From a virus, in the IMG/VR virus record IMGVR_UViG_3300045988_057894, positions 1-54,712 of that record: 54,712 nucleotides of DNA; one strand, written 5' to 3'. Made by a program: the position numbers and the translations under genes. The notes under the pieces are model-generated. The model did no database searches, was not told the DNA's origin, and saw only the letters and a program-made list of their open reading frames with translations. This document shows, piece by piece, positions 16,936 through 25,599 of this stretch (position 1 is its first letter; each line of letters opens with the position of its first letter).

Positions 16936-17169
16936 CTACACCATCGGAAACGCCATCCAATGCGTCACCGTCACATCTTTCGGCAGTCTCTCGCCTATCT
17001 CATCCCAGAACTGACCGTCCGCGTAACAGCCTAGAAAGTACGCTGTCGGCGAGATTTCTTGCAACATTTTTCCATTTTCATCACGCCACGTTGTCTTAGT
17101 CGCAAGCAACAAAGGATGCGTCCGTTCTCGTGGCGGTTCGCTTGCTGGATGCTAGAGGGTGTTAGCCAT
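16936..17169 (-). pseudogene. DUF551-like ORF interrupted by an in-frame TAG at codon 6
   Basis: ATG GCT AAC ACC CTC TAG (17154-17152), then 71 open codons ending ...VTVTHWMAFPMV. This C-terminus is paralogous to the HWMPLP tails at 7817-8107 and 20319-21182. Confidence 0.45.
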
Positions 17170-17171
17170 TT

Positions 17172-17396
17172 TTATACCCCTGCCTTGTACATCGTATATA
17201 AGACCACAAATCCAATCGAAAAAGTAAAAATGTGGAGAATTACATCCGCAAGAAGCTTTATCTTTTCATCGGAAATTTCGTTCAAAAATATATCCCATAT
17301 CAAAATTTTTTCAATGAGATATGCTATCCCACATATAAATGTTCCAACCAGAAAAGAAGCTAAAACCACAATCAACGCATTTCCAAGATTACTCAT
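17172..17396 (-). CDS. Small two-TM membrane protein
   Basis: Hydrophobic stretches ALIVVLASFLVGTFICGIAYLI and ILHIFTFSIGFVVLYTMY. AT-rich codons. Confidence 0.5.
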   Translation of the reverse strand: MSNLGNALIVVLASFLVGTFICGIAYLIEKILIWDIFLNEISDEKIKLLADVILHIFTFSIGFVVLYTMYKAGV

Positions 17397-17628
17397 TCTC
17401 TTTTTTCTCCCATTCCTTGCATCCACGTTCATCCCACACGAAGTCTGCAACGTGTTCTGACTGGTCGTTCACGCACACGCCCTCCGGCTCTGCGTACCAT
17501 TTGCAAGAGCCGCAGGACGGCTCAGATTTGTTCTTGCAGGATTCTGCTGTGCATCGGATAGCCTTACCAGCGGAGAACTGTTTGATGCCAATGCAGGAGC
17601 AATGTTTGGTGGTGCAGTAGAAGTTCAT
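17389..17628 (-). CDS. Cys-rich hypothetical protein (79 aa)
   Basis: GGAAGGAG RBS. About 12 Cys residues. Confidence 0.5.
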   Translation of the reverse strand: MNFYCTTKHCSCIGIKQFSAGKAIRCTAESCKNKSEPSCGSCKWYAEPEGVCVNDQSEHVADFVWDERGCKEWEKKENE

Positions 17629-17858
17629 TCCTCTATCTCCTTCCATCCGATAAACTCACATAAGCCAACAGTGTTGTTGGCGCAACGATGAATGAGAACT
17701 TTATCGCTTATTTTGAATTTCGCGATAAACCCAATTTTGCTTTCTCCCATTTCGTTTTCAAACATCCAATCAACAATGTCTTTATCGATTCTGACATCGC
17801 CTTCGTCCGTCATGGTTGCAAAGCACTGTTTGCATCTGTATAAAGCGCACTTTTTCAT
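17625..17858 (-). CDS. Cys-containing hypothetical protein (77 aa)
   Basis: ATGA-type coupling to its neighbour. CxxC at the N-terminus. Confidence 0.5.
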   Translation of the reverse strand: MKKCALYRCKQCFATMTDEGDVRIDKDIVDWMFENEMGESKIGFIAKFKISDKVLIHRCANNTVGLCEFIGWKEIEE

Positions 17859-18058
17859 CTTCTCTGCCCTTTCTTTCCCCTGTTGAACCGCTCGATCACT
17901 CGCTTATACTCTGCATAACACTCCGGACACAGGTCGCCTGTGTCCCTGCGCCATCCCCAGTCTTTGAAATATTCGTCAGGGTTCATCATCCTGCCGCCAA
18001 GAACCGCTCCGCAGCGGTCGCATACTCGCTTGTGGTAGATTCCTCTGTCAGTCTGCAT
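17855..18058 (-). CDS. Zinc-ribbon hypothetical protein (67 aa)
   Basis: CDRCG ... CPEC pairs. Confidence 0.5.
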   Translation of the reverse strand: MQTDRGIYHKRVCDRCGAVLGGRMMNPDEYFKDWGWRRDTGDLCPECYAEYKRVIERFNRGKKGQRR

Positions 18059-18062
18059 ATTA

Positions 18063-18599
18063 TCATCCTTCCACATAACACCAGCTTTGGGGCGGGCGCT
18101 TTAAGCACTTATTACAAAAACGTCTATTCGTTTCGCCCCATTCTTCTACTTGACAATTACATCTCACTTTATTAAAATCGCAAACTCCTCTGTTTCCCAT
18201 GAGAATGCAATAATGAGTAAACTCAAACAAAAATTTTGGATGTTCATACATTTTCACATTGGAAATGCTCCATGCCCAGCCTTTCCTTCCGACATAATCC
18301 AAGATTTCTTTTTTTCTAAGACCGGACATCTCTTCAAATCCTTCTGGCAAGCAATCCGATTCTGGCGTAATTTCGTACAGATGATTGCAAGTAAACTCTC
18401 CAATAACTTTTCCGTCCAATTGTTCAAAGTACCCATCGCACTCTTTGAACCATCCGGTTTTGGTTTTTGTGCAATAAACATAACATTTGAAAGGTTCATC
18501 CCCCATATTGGGCTTCGTTTTTCGTATTTCAAGAGTTTTTATGCCGAGGAAAATAAGATTGCACCAACTTGGGTTGATACTTAATAAAACTGACTTCAT
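18063..18599 (-). CDS. ASCH-domain protein with a Cys-rich tail
   Basis: N-terminus SINPSWCNLIFLGIKTLEIRKTKP matches the ASCH signature (..QPWA..I..G.KT.EIR). Confidence 0.65.
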   Translation of the reverse strand: MKSVLLSINPSWCNLIFLGIKTLEIRKTKPNMGDEPFKCYVYCTKTKTGWFKECDGYFEQLDGKVIGEFTCNHLYEITPESDCLPEGFEEMSGLRKKEILDYVGRKGWAWSISNVKMYEHPKFLFEFTHYCILMGNRGVCDFNKVRCNCQVEEWGETNRRFCNKCLKRPPQSWCYVEG

Positions 18600-18602
18600 T
18601 TT

Positions 18603-19385
18603 TTATTCGTCCTCCCCCACGTCCTTAAACAGGATTTCTTTATAGGCTTTCCAGTCTTTGATTTTGCACGGAATATCCGTGCCGGGTACGGCCTTTTTCA
18701 GCCCATCCATCTGCCAGACGTTCCATGAGATGGTGTCTGCAATGCAGTCAAGAAAAATGGGCATGAAGCCGATTTCCAGCTTTTCAGCCTCAAACCGATA
18801 CCTAAAATTTTCGATTAGCGTCAGGAATAGGTTGCACCTTGCCAGCAAGAGATTGTCTCCCTGCCACTCATAGCCGTATGTCGATGCGTAGGCGTTAATT
18901 GCCCAGCACATCCACATATCGTAGTCGTGGAACTGCTCTGCCAGAATATTCAGCTTTCTGTCCAGCAGACCGATTCTGTCTGGCACGGCAATTATCTGCC
19001 CTGTGGTGGTATCGTATCGACTTGTCAGGAACGGTGCTTCGCCACAGGTTACTTCAAGACAAGTCTTGTTGATGTACTCCTTCCAGTCCTCGCCCTTTAG
19101 GTCGTTTTCGGCAACGTCTGTCATCTTCTCACAAACCCAAGTCGGCGTAAACACCTCTGCTTTCTTGTTGGTTCGCTTCTTTTGGTCTGCCAGCCGTTTC
19201 TGTACACGAGGGACAAGCTGAACCTTGTCCAGCTGTTCCAGCGTGATTTCATCTGCAAAGCCAACGTCCAGTTCGGGCGGTGGGTCTGTCGCCCAGATGA
19301 TGTTCTTGCCTGTCGTGTGGTCTTGCAAGAGGACAGGCAGGAACGTGCGTAGGCAGGGGTCGGAAAAATCAATCAAAGTTCCCAT
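18603..19385 (-). CDS. DNA-methyltransferase-like / restriction-modification-associated protein, catalytic motif not seen
   Basis: KKAEVFTPTWVCEKM and LEVTCGEAPFLTSRYD resemble the start of some N6-adenine methylase families. I found no (D/N)PP(Y/F) motif. Confidence 0.4.
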   Translation of the reverse strand: MGTLIDFSDPCLRTFLPVLLQDHTTGKNIIWATDPPPELDVGFADEITLEQLDKVQLVPRVQKRLADQKKRTNKKAEVFTPTWVCEKMTDVAENDLKGEDWKEYINKTCLEVTCGEAPFLTSRYDTTTGQIIAVPDRIGLLDRKLNILAEQFHDYDMWMCWAINAYASTYGYEWQGDNLLLARCNLFLTLIENFRYRFEAEKLEIGFMPIFLDCIADTISWNVWQMDGLKKAVPGTDIPCKIKDWKAYKEILFKDVGEDE

Positions 19386-19567
19386 TTGTCAGCCCTCACC
19401 ATGATTGTGTTCTTCTCTTTCAGCCAGTCCTTGACGCAATGAAAGCAATGCTCACGGTTCTGGCAACGCTCCGGGTCACGATGTTTGATAAGTTCGCAGA
19501 TGCCCCGCGTAAAGTTTTCTGTAATATCTTCGTCCGTCATGGAACGGATAAAATCGCCGTTAGTCAT
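19373..19567 (-). CDS. Hypothetical protein (64 aa)
   Basis: ATG overlaps the end of terS. Contains CxxxxxxCxxC. Confidence 0.45.
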   Translation of the reverse strand: MTNGDFIRSMTDEDITENFTRGICELIKHRDPERCQNREHCFHCVKDWLKEKNTIMVRADKWEL

Positions 19568-20315
19568 GTTCCACCACCTCTCTGTACTCCACGTCAATCC
19601 CTTTTGGCAAAGCCGTCTGATACTTCTGAGCCAACTGCTCTGCGCTCTGGGCATCACCCAACGGCTGTTCAGGCGGTGCAACGGTGACTTCCACGTTGTC
19701 ACGCATACCAAAGTAGTTCTTGGCTCGGAAAATCCACTCTGCCGGGTTCTCCTGACCGTACATACCGTTGTACGCCCACATGGATTGCATTTGCAGAATC
19801 AGTTTCAGGATGTACTTCTGCTGCAAGCTGTCGTCACGGCGCTTGCCCGCCATAATCTGCTTCAGGCTCACCCATTCGATGCCCAGCACCAGTGCAATCC
19901 ATTCCACCACAGGGGAGATTCTGGCTTCGATGCAAGCGTCAAAGAAGAAGTCAAGACGTTGCTGCACTTCAATCGGGTTGTTCATGTCCACGCTCGGAAG
20001 GTCGCCAAAATACTTAGCTGCAATCATGCCGATGACCTTCTTGTCCTCTTCGTCACCAATCCTCGACTGCAAATCGCCTGTGTTCATCATCTTCAGCTTC
20101 TCGATAGCCAACGCCTGTTGCTCCTTTACCTTCTTACTGACCTGTGATCGGATGCTCTTGTTCTTGTTAAGGTTCTGTATCCGCTTCTTCTCACGCTCTT
20201 TTTCACGCTTCGCAGCGGCTTGCTCTTTTGCCTTTTGCGCCCGCTTCTCACGCTTTTTCTTTTCAGCTTCGGTCAGCGGCGGCCTGCCACGACCACGCTT
20301 CGGGGGTGTTGCCAT
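19560..20315 (-). CDS. terS: Terminase small subunit (gp3-packaging-like)
   Basis: Basic N-terminus. ISPVVEWIALVLGIEWVSLKQIM HTH and ENPAEWIFRAKNYFGMRDNVEV resemble the PT.EGLAL.LG and N.AGAIF.LKN.FGY.D motifs of small terminases. Confidence 0.7.
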   Translation of the reverse strand: MATPPKRGRGRPPLTEAEKKKREKRAQKAKEQAAAKREKEREKKRIQNLNKNKSIRSQVSKKVKEQQALAIEKLKMMNTGDLQSRIGDEEDKKVIGMIAAKYFGDLPSVDMNNPIEVQQRLDFFFDACIEARISPVVEWIALVLGIEWVSLKQIMAGKRRDDSLQQKYILKLILQMQSMWAYNGMYGQENPAEWIFRAKNYFGMRDNVEVTVAPPEQPLGDAQSAEQLAQKYQTALPKGIDVEYREVVEHD

Positions 20316-20318
20316 GTG

Positions 20319-21182
20319 TCAGACCTCCTTTGGCAGTTCAGGAAGGGGCATCCAATGCGTAACGCTCCATGTTTTTGACGATAAATAAGAGCGGCGTTTC
20401 CAAATGTTCGTTTCTACATCGTAAAACGCCCTATCAACAAATCTAACAGAAAGTCCTTGAGCGACAACTAAATATGCGCCAGATTTTTCTGGTGTTCTGC
20501 TATCAATCGCAATCCAGTCTTTCATTTTTACTCCTTCAACACGCTTCTGTCCTTCGCAGTAAAGCGGGTTGATGGGCAAGTGTTCGCTGTGCGTGTAGTC
20601 CCATACATCATCATCAGACCAATCTACAATAGGGTTGACGGTCGTCTTGCCTTTGACGTTGCACGTTTCAAACAGCTTTCTCTTCTCGTCATTGTCGCCC
20701 ATGAGGATGATGCGCTTCTCTTTGTCTTTGTGCATCAGTTCCATCACGCCACGACTGTTTTTGCGCCGTGCAGATTCTGCCCACCGAACGCCTGTGGCAA
20801 TAAACCGATTCTTTCCCGTGTTTTCCTTCAGAACATCACAGCAATAGCGTACAAGCCTTGTCGGTGGCATCAGCTTTTGCGGAATCAGCGTCCACATGGA
20901 CACGGGCTTGTCCTTGTATCGTGGCATGACAATGGAACATTTGACTCCACGTTCTTCCATCGCCTTGAACTGCTCACGAATGAAATAGACCGTCTCCGGC
21001 GCATCTGCGGTAGTATGGCTGTTGACCACCTCAAAGTTAATTCCTGCACGTTCAGCCAGAGCCACAAGCACCTGTGAATCCTTACCGCCAGAGTATGTGA
21101 CCATGAGCGGCTTCTTGTACCGATGCTCAGACAGCCGTGCAGCGCCCTGCAACCGTGCGATAGCAATCTGTTCCTTGTCCAT
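20319..21182 (-). CDS. PAPS-reductase-family protein fused to a DUF551-like tail
   Basis: PLMVTYSGGKDSQVLVALA P-loop-like motif of PAPS reductase / ATP-PPase enzymes. C-terminus ends THWMPLPELPKEV. Confidence 0.8.
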   Translation of the reverse strand: MDKEQIAIARLQGAARLSEHRYKKPLMVTYSGGKDSQVLVALAERAGINFEVVNSHTTADAPETVYFIREQFKAMEERGVKCSIVMPRYKDKPVSMWTLIPQKLMPPTRLVRYCCDVLKENTGKNRFIATGVRWAESARRKNSRGVMELMHKDKEKRIILMGDNDEKRKLFETCNVKGKTTVNPIVDWSDDDVWDYTHSEHLPINPLYCEGQKRVEGVKMKDWIAIDSRTPEKSGAYLVVAQGLSVRFVDRAFYDVETNIWKRRSYLSSKTWSVTHWMPLPELPKEV

Positions 21183-21184
21183 TA

Positions 21185-21442
21185 TTACCTCCACCTAACG
21201 TCCTCTATAATGTTTGAATTTTCAGGTGTGCAAACCTCGTACAGAGTACATACAGTTTTCCTTCCGCAAATCGGACAAATAGGAATTTCCCCGTTGTCTG
21301 CCATCGCAGTTGCAACGCGTTCATCACACACAGAAATGGCAGTATTGCAGAAGTAACAAGTGAACATTGCTCTTTTAATACGGCAAGACTTTGGGTTTAT
21401 TGAAGTGATTTCCGAAATGGCTTCTACCGAAAATACTGCCAT
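21185..21442 (-). CDS. Zinc-ribbon hypothetical protein (85 aa)
   Basis: AAGGTGGAG RBS. CYFC...CPICG. Confidence 0.5.
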   Translation of the reverse strand: MAVFSVEAISEITSINPKSCRIKRAMFTCYFCNTAISVCDERVATAMADNGEIPICPICGRKTVCTLYEVCTPENSNIIEDVRWR

Positions 21443-21549
21443 CAGCTCCACCTTTCTCTCAGCTCTTTTTCGACCTGTTCTGACTTTGCGGTGATGTAAT
21501 CTGCAAACTCGTCAGGGGTCATGTCCTCTTCCTTGAACTGCCCAACCAT
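21442..21549 (-). CDS. Possible 35-aa acidic peptide
   Basis: Fills the gap between two genes. Its TGA overlaps the next ATG. RBS is weak. Confidence 0.25.
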   Translation of the reverse strand: MVGQFKEEDMTPDEFADYITAKSEQVEKELRERWS

Positions 21550-21562
21550 CTCCCAGTACCTG

Positions 21563-21805
21563 TCACCGTCCCATCGGCTGGTATCGGTTTAGGCAGCGCG
21601 GGTTATTGCAAAATCGATCGCTTCCGATGATGCGCAGCGGCTTCCCGCAGTAGGGGCAGAAGTCCGGGAGCTGTTGTGGCGTGGCAGATTCCATGTCTGC
21701 CTTTGACGCACCGGTTTGCATCAGCTTAATCACGCAGTAAGCGGAACCCGGCTGCGCTGCCGCAATGCAGCTCTGACGTGCTGGGCATTTTGAGCAATCG
21801 TACAT
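21563..21805 (-). CDS. Cys-rich hypothetical protein (80 aa)
   Basis: GGAGGAG RBS. CSKCP...CPYCG. Confidence 0.5.
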   Translation of the reverse strand: MYDCSKCPARQSCIAAAQPGSAYCVIKLMQTGASKADMESATPQQLPDFCPYCGKPLRIIGSDRFCNNPRCLNRYQPMGR

Positions 21806-21807
21806 CG

Positions 21808-22122
21808 TCACTCCTCCATCTTTGCGCCACAGTTCGGGCAATAGTGATAAAGACGGGGTGCAGCTATCGCTTCACTAGGAAACTTGCAGTTCGAGCACAC
21901 CCAAAAGGCATCGTCGAAGCAGACGCTCTCTTCCCAGTGCGCCACCGGCCGCAGTGTTTCCGGGTCGATAATAGGGGCGTTTTTGATGGCTTCCAGCACA
22001 TCTTCGAGCGTGTCATAAGCGGCGTTATTCCAGTCTGGTCTGTTGTCTCCGGGCAAGCTCATTTGCCAGTCGGAGATATATCTGCCAAGCGCATTTGCAT
22101 CAATCAATCGTTTATCGCTCAT
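21808..22122 (-). CDS. Hypothetical protein with a C-terminal zinc ribbon (paralogue of 32739-33065)
   Basis: AAAGGAG RBS. N-terminus KRLIDANAL and C-terminus CSNC...YHYCPNCGAKMEE. Confidence 0.55.
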   Translation of the reverse strand: MSDKRLIDANALGRYISDWQMSLPGDNRPDWNNAAYDTLEDVLEAIKNAPIIDPETLRPVAHWEESVCFDDAFWVCSNCKFPSEAIAAPRLYHYCPNCGAKMEE

Positions 22123-22328
22123 TTCTGTTCTCCTTTCAGCCAGTCGTTCAGCTTTGCCATGCAAGAGGGGCAAAGAAACGGCTCATCATAGCAATCGCAA
22201 CTCCAGTAGTCCCATGCGTCATGTACGTTCTTGTCAACCAGAATCACGGCGTTGGGCTTATGTCTCCCCATCTCATCGGGCGGTTCAGGATCAAACATTT
22301 CTCCGCAGCGGTCACATTTCATGCTCAT
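22119..22328 (-). CDS. Zinc-ribbon hypothetical protein (69 aa)
   Basis: CDRCG...CPSC. ATGA coupling. Confidence 0.5.
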   Translation of the reverse strand: MSMKCDRCGEMFDPEPPDEMGRHKPNAVILVDKNVHDAWDYWSCDCYDEPFLCPSCMAKLNDWLKGEQK

Positions 22329-22845
22329 ATTCTTTCTCCAATCTCTTTAGCAGCCCATCCACGTCATACCGCCAATGGACACGCAGCCTTTTCGCTTTAA
22401 CCTCTATCCCCTCTTGCTCTGCCCACTGCCAAGGGATACTTCTTCGGCTCTCGTTGTAACGGAACGACAGAACCTTGCTGGCAGGGATTGCAAAGGTGCG
22501 GTTGACTGTTCTGTAATTGACTATCACATGGGCGGTCTGACCGCTGTACCCCATTGCATCCACCATGTCAGTGATGTGCTTTTCCTTGCGGTACTTGCGC
22601 TTTGCTTTGTCGTACTTGCCGAATACCTTTTCCAGAGGGATAGAGGGCGTTTCAATGGTTTTCAGCTCGAACAGGTGGTTCATCGGGTATCGGTACACAA
22701 GGAAGTCGCAGATGTTATCAATGGAAAACGACAGGTTCTCGTTGCCGCCGTAGTAGGTGGCAGCACTGTCTTTCAATCTGTAGCACCACGCATCGGATGG
22801 GACGGATGCCTTGAAGTCTGCTTCAAATTGCTTGCCGGTGTTCAT
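22312..22845 (-). CDS. PD-(D/E)xK nuclease, RecU-like Holliday-junction resolvase (putative)
   Basis: GKQFEADF...ICDFLVY...LFELKT matches the G..FE / DF / E.K arrangement of RecU-type resolvases. Sits in the recombination module. Confidence 0.5.
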   Translation of the reverse strand: MNTGKQFEADFKASVPSDAWCYRLKDSAATYYGGNENLSFSIDNICDFLVYRYPMNHLFELKTIETPSIPLEKVFGKYDKAKRKYRKEKHITDMVDAMGYSGQTAHVIVNYRTVNRTFAIPASKVLSFRYNESRRSIPWQWAEQEGIEVKAKRLRVHWRYDVDGLLKRLEKEYEHEM

Positions 22846-23030
22846 TCGTTGCCCTCGATTTTTTTGGCTTCTCTGATACGCAGCCGAGCAAGTTCGCTAT
22901 TTGCATATCGCAGTTGCCAGCTACCAAACCAGCCTTTGTGAACAAGTTTTCCGGCGCAGTAAACAAACTCCTGCTTCATCAAGTCATCAAGTGAAATGAT
23001 GTAACTGCCCGGCTTATACTTTCTTTTCAT
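22842..23030 (-). CDS. Hypothetical protein (62 aa)
   Basis: ORF coupled on both sides. Confidence 0.45.
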   Translation of the reverse strand: MKRKYKPGSYIISLDDLMKQEFVYCAGKLVHKGWFGSWQLRYANSELARLRIREAKKIEGNE

Positions 23031-23245
23031 CCTCGTTCACCTCTAAATTCACTTCCGAGAAACCGCTTCTTGTTACGTTCTCGGTGCTTGTCCTCATAAT
23101 CACGGTGGTACACGCTCTGGCTGTGGTTCAGCTCATACACGAACGCCTTGCGTTCCTCGAAGTCTTTCTTCTCTGCCTTATATTTCTCGCAGGTGTCGTG
23201 GCAGGCTTGGTGGCGTGATGGGCAGTTGAGACAACAGGCAATCAT
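23027..23245 (-). CDS. Cys-rich hypothetical protein (72 aa)
   Basis: CCLNCPSRHQACHDTC at the N-terminus. Confidence 0.45.
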   Translation of the reverse strand: MIACCLNCPSRHQACHDTCEKYKAEKKDFEERKAFVYELNHSQSVYHRDYEDKHRERNKKRFLGSEFRGERG

Positions 23246-23326
23246 CTTTCCAAACGCCCGTCCAGCCAGATAGCGCAGCTCTTATATAAGGTAGGCGGTT
23301 CGCCTTTTGTCCCGGTAGCGTAACCG

Positions 23327-23746
23327 TTAGTCAAAAGGGAGGTCAGAACTGTCGTCAATCACAAAAAAGTCATCCGTGTTGCCCTGAGAGTAGTTCTGCG
23401 GTGCACCCTGCGCCCGATCAGCGGGCTTGCTGTCTGATTTTCCACCGCAGAAGTCAACTTTGTTCGCCATGATTTCCGTTGCGGTGCGGTTGTTCCCCTG
23501 CTTGTCAATATACTTTCGGGTCTGGATTCTACCAGTCACCAAAATCAGACTACCCTTCTGGAACCACTTGGAAACGAACAGTGCCGTGTTGCCAAATGCG
23601 GTGCAGTTGAAGAAGTCGGTCTCCTTCTGACCGCCACTCTGGCGGTCGCAAGCAATGCTGAACGTGCAAACATCCTTGCCGGACTTCGTAACCTTAGCTT
23701 CGGGCGTGTGAACCAAACGCCCCTGAATTGCGATAGAATTGAGCAT
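23327..23746 (-). CDS. ssb: Single-stranded DNA-binding protein
   Basis: OB-fold N-terminus (GRLVHTPEAKVTKSGKDVCTFSIA) and an acidic tail ending DDSSDLPFD. Confidence 0.88.
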   Translation of the reverse strand: MLNSIAIQGRLVHTPEAKVTKSGKDVCTFSIACDRQSGGQKETDFFNCTAFGNTALFVSKWFQKGSLILVTGRIQTRKYIDKQGNNRTATEIMANKVDFCGGKSDSKPADRAQGAPQNYSQGNTDDFFVIDDSSDLPFD

Positions 23747-23749
23747 TAT

Positions 23750-24358
23750 TTAGCCCTCCTTCGGCTGTTTCTGAGCACAGTCCCAACACAGGACGCGCCC
23801 AAAGCGTTTCTTTGTGCTTCTTGCGGTTTCCAGCGGCGATACGGTGCGGTTGTTGTACTGAATAGGCTGCAACTGCTTTCCACAGCAAGAGCATGGGGGG
23901 ATGGTTTCCGCTTCCGTTTGCTTCTGTGCGGGCTTGTTTGCCCTGCTTGTGGTCTGCTTCTGGTACTCGTCCGTGTCAGCGTCCTTCGTATCGTCAATGC
24001 AGAACAGACCGTTCAGAGCGTACTTTCTAGCGTAGCTACTTGCAGTGCCGGTAATCTGCGAATCGTCCATGCCCTTCTTGAGCTCAGGCTCACGAGCGTA
24101 TGCAGTCACCGTGTAGGCGGCACCATCCTGCGATTCAACTGTTGCAGTGGCTTCGATGTAGTGCCAGCTATCAACGATAACAGGCTTGTCAGAAAGCCGC
24201 AGCACAAGGCTATGCGCTTTCAAGATTGGCTTGACCGCTTCGAGAATGTCCTCGCAGGAACGGTACTTGTAACCGCCAAATTTGTTCATCTGCCCCTTCG
24301 GGGCTTTCAGCTCTGACTGAACAGCCATCAGAGCTTCATGGATTTTGCTGTTGTCCAT
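23750..24358 (-). CDS. erf: ERF-family single-strand annealing protein
   Basis: LMAVQSELKAPKGQMNKFGGYKYRSCEDILEAVKPIL is the ERF signature region. Confidence 0.78.
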   Translation of the reverse strand: MDNSKIHEALMAVQSELKAPKGQMNKFGGYKYRSCEDILEAVKPILKAHSLVLRLSDKPVIVDSWHYIEATATVESQDGAAYTVTAYAREPELKKGMDDSQITGTASSYARKYALNGLFCIDDTKDADTDEYQKQTTSRANKPAQKQTEAETIPPCSCCGKQLQPIQYNNRTVSPLETARSTKKRFGRVLCWDCAQKQPKEG

Positions 24359-24425
24359 ACGTTTCCTTTCTTCGGCTTCATTAGGCTTCATTGTTCATGC
24401 TTTGGCTTAATACGGCTGTATAAAA

Positions 24426-24641
24426 TTAACCAGCCATCAGTTCTGCCAACTGCGCACGGAGGTCTTTCAACTCCGCTTCCCTATCTTCAATTTCAGACTG
24501 CAAGTCCTCAATTTCAGCCAGACGGTCAGCTTCTTTGGCTTCTGCCATCTGCTCGTTGGTCATAAAGTACACGCCGTCTTCAGGTTCAATTGCTCCCCCA
24601 AATCGGTCGAGAGCGCCAGAACAATCATACATCGGATTCAT
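24426..24641 (-). CDS. Coiled-coil hypothetical protein (71 aa)
   Basis: GAGGAGG RBS at the internal ATG. Confidence 0.45.
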   Translation of the reverse strand: MNPMYDCSGALDRFGGAIEPEDGVYFMTNEQMAEAKEADRLAEIEDLQSEIEDREAELKDLRAQLAELMAG

Positions 24642-24655
24642 CGTTTGTAACCTCC

Positions 24656-24865
24656 TCAAAAAACAAGGCAAAAGATGAGCAAGGCGATTGCGAACGTAGC
24701 CGCGCAGGCTACAATTGTGCCCAAAGCTTTATCGAAACGTTCCTGGTCGGCATCCTTCTTGCGGCGGGCGTTGCGAATCCGCTGCTGTGCAGGGCTAGAA
24801 GTCATCCGGATGAAGTAGTCCTGATCATTTTCAAATCGAGCTTTCGTTGCGTCTTTGCTTTCCAT
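24656..24865 (-). CDS. C-terminally TM-anchored hypothetical protein (69 aa)
   Basis: GGAGG RBS. Tail reads LGTIVACAATFAIALLIFCLVF. Confidence 0.45.
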   Translation of the reverse strand: MESKDATKARFENDQDYFIRMTSSPAQQRIRNARRKKDADQERFDKALGTIVACAATFAIALLIFCLVF

Positions 24866-24890
24866 AGTTAAAACCTCCAAAATTTCCGTG

Positions 24891-25082
24891 TTATAGTTGA
24901 GGGCGTCCTTTTTTTCGCTGTTCTTTAATTTGCAACGCACTGTACCACTGGTCTTTGTCAATTTCGATGGTAGACCACCGGTAGTTACATACAAGGCACT
25001 TCTTGCGGCGAGCGATGCTATCGGGGGCAGACCGGCTGTCAACCGTTGTAATGTTGTCACTACCGCACATCGGGCATTTCAT
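24891..25082 (-). CDS. NrdR-like zinc-ribbon protein (no ATP-cone)
   Basis: MKCPMCGSDNITTVDSRS...RRKKCLVCNYRWSTIE mirrors the NrdR N-terminal zinc ribbon. Confidence 0.55.
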   Translation of the reverse strand: MKCPMCGSDNITTVDSRSAPDSIARRKKCLVCNYRWSTIEIDKDQWYSALQIKEQRKKGRPQL

Positions 25083-25342
25083 CGTGCATCCCTCCACTTG
25101 TTGGTATGAGCGGGAATGCGGTTTAACTTCCCCATCCGTTCGTTATCTTCATGCTCTTTTTCCGCGCTCACTCCAAGCGCGCACAAAACCAGAGCGGTAG
25201 CTAGTAACATCAGTGAAACAAATGCCCATACAAGCATCTGTACTGCAGTCTCGCATCCATTTATTGTATCGCCACAGCTAACGGCTACGATTGCAGCGAC
25301 GATACCAAGTATGATAAGCACGTTTCCTTTTACGGTTTTCAT
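25079..25342 (-). CDS. Membrane protein (87 aa, 2 TM)
   Basis: Two hydrophobic helices. ATGA coupling. Confidence 0.5.
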   Translation of the reverse strand: MKTVKGNVLIILGIVAAIVAVSCGDTINGCETAVQMLVWAFVSLMLLATALVLCALGVSAEKEHEDNERMGKLNRIPAHTNKWRDAR

Positions 25343-25599
25343 TTTGTCCCTTCTTTCAGAATGATATCAAATAAAAATGGTTTACTCGCATCAATCACAA
25401 CTACCGCGTTTAGCACTTGAGCTATTTTTGCAAGCGTATCAGCCTTAACGCCCGTCTTGTACGGTGCTTTATTCGGACTTGTAATATTGTATATCGTTGG
25501 AGCTGACACGCCGCTTTTGCGGATAAGCTCTGATGCCTTCATATCGCGTTCTTCAAGAGCGGCTTCCAGCGTCATTCTTTTCATCATTTTTGCTGCCAA
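25339..25599 (-). CDS. XRE-type HTH protein
   Basis: MKASELIRKSGVSAPTIYNITS...ADTLAKIAQVL. Confidence 0.55.
   Translation of the reverse strand: MAAKMMKRMTLEAALEERDMKASELIRKSGVSAPTIYNITSPNKAPYKTGVKADTLAKIAQVLNAVVVIDASKPFLFDIILKEGTK

Noticed and set aside
19485-20388. Plus-strand ORFs of 206-220 aa over the small terminase gene
   Set aside because: They are antisense to a gene with clear terS-type motifs and a good RBS. Their composition is hydrophobic/Leu/Ser-rich shadow sequence.
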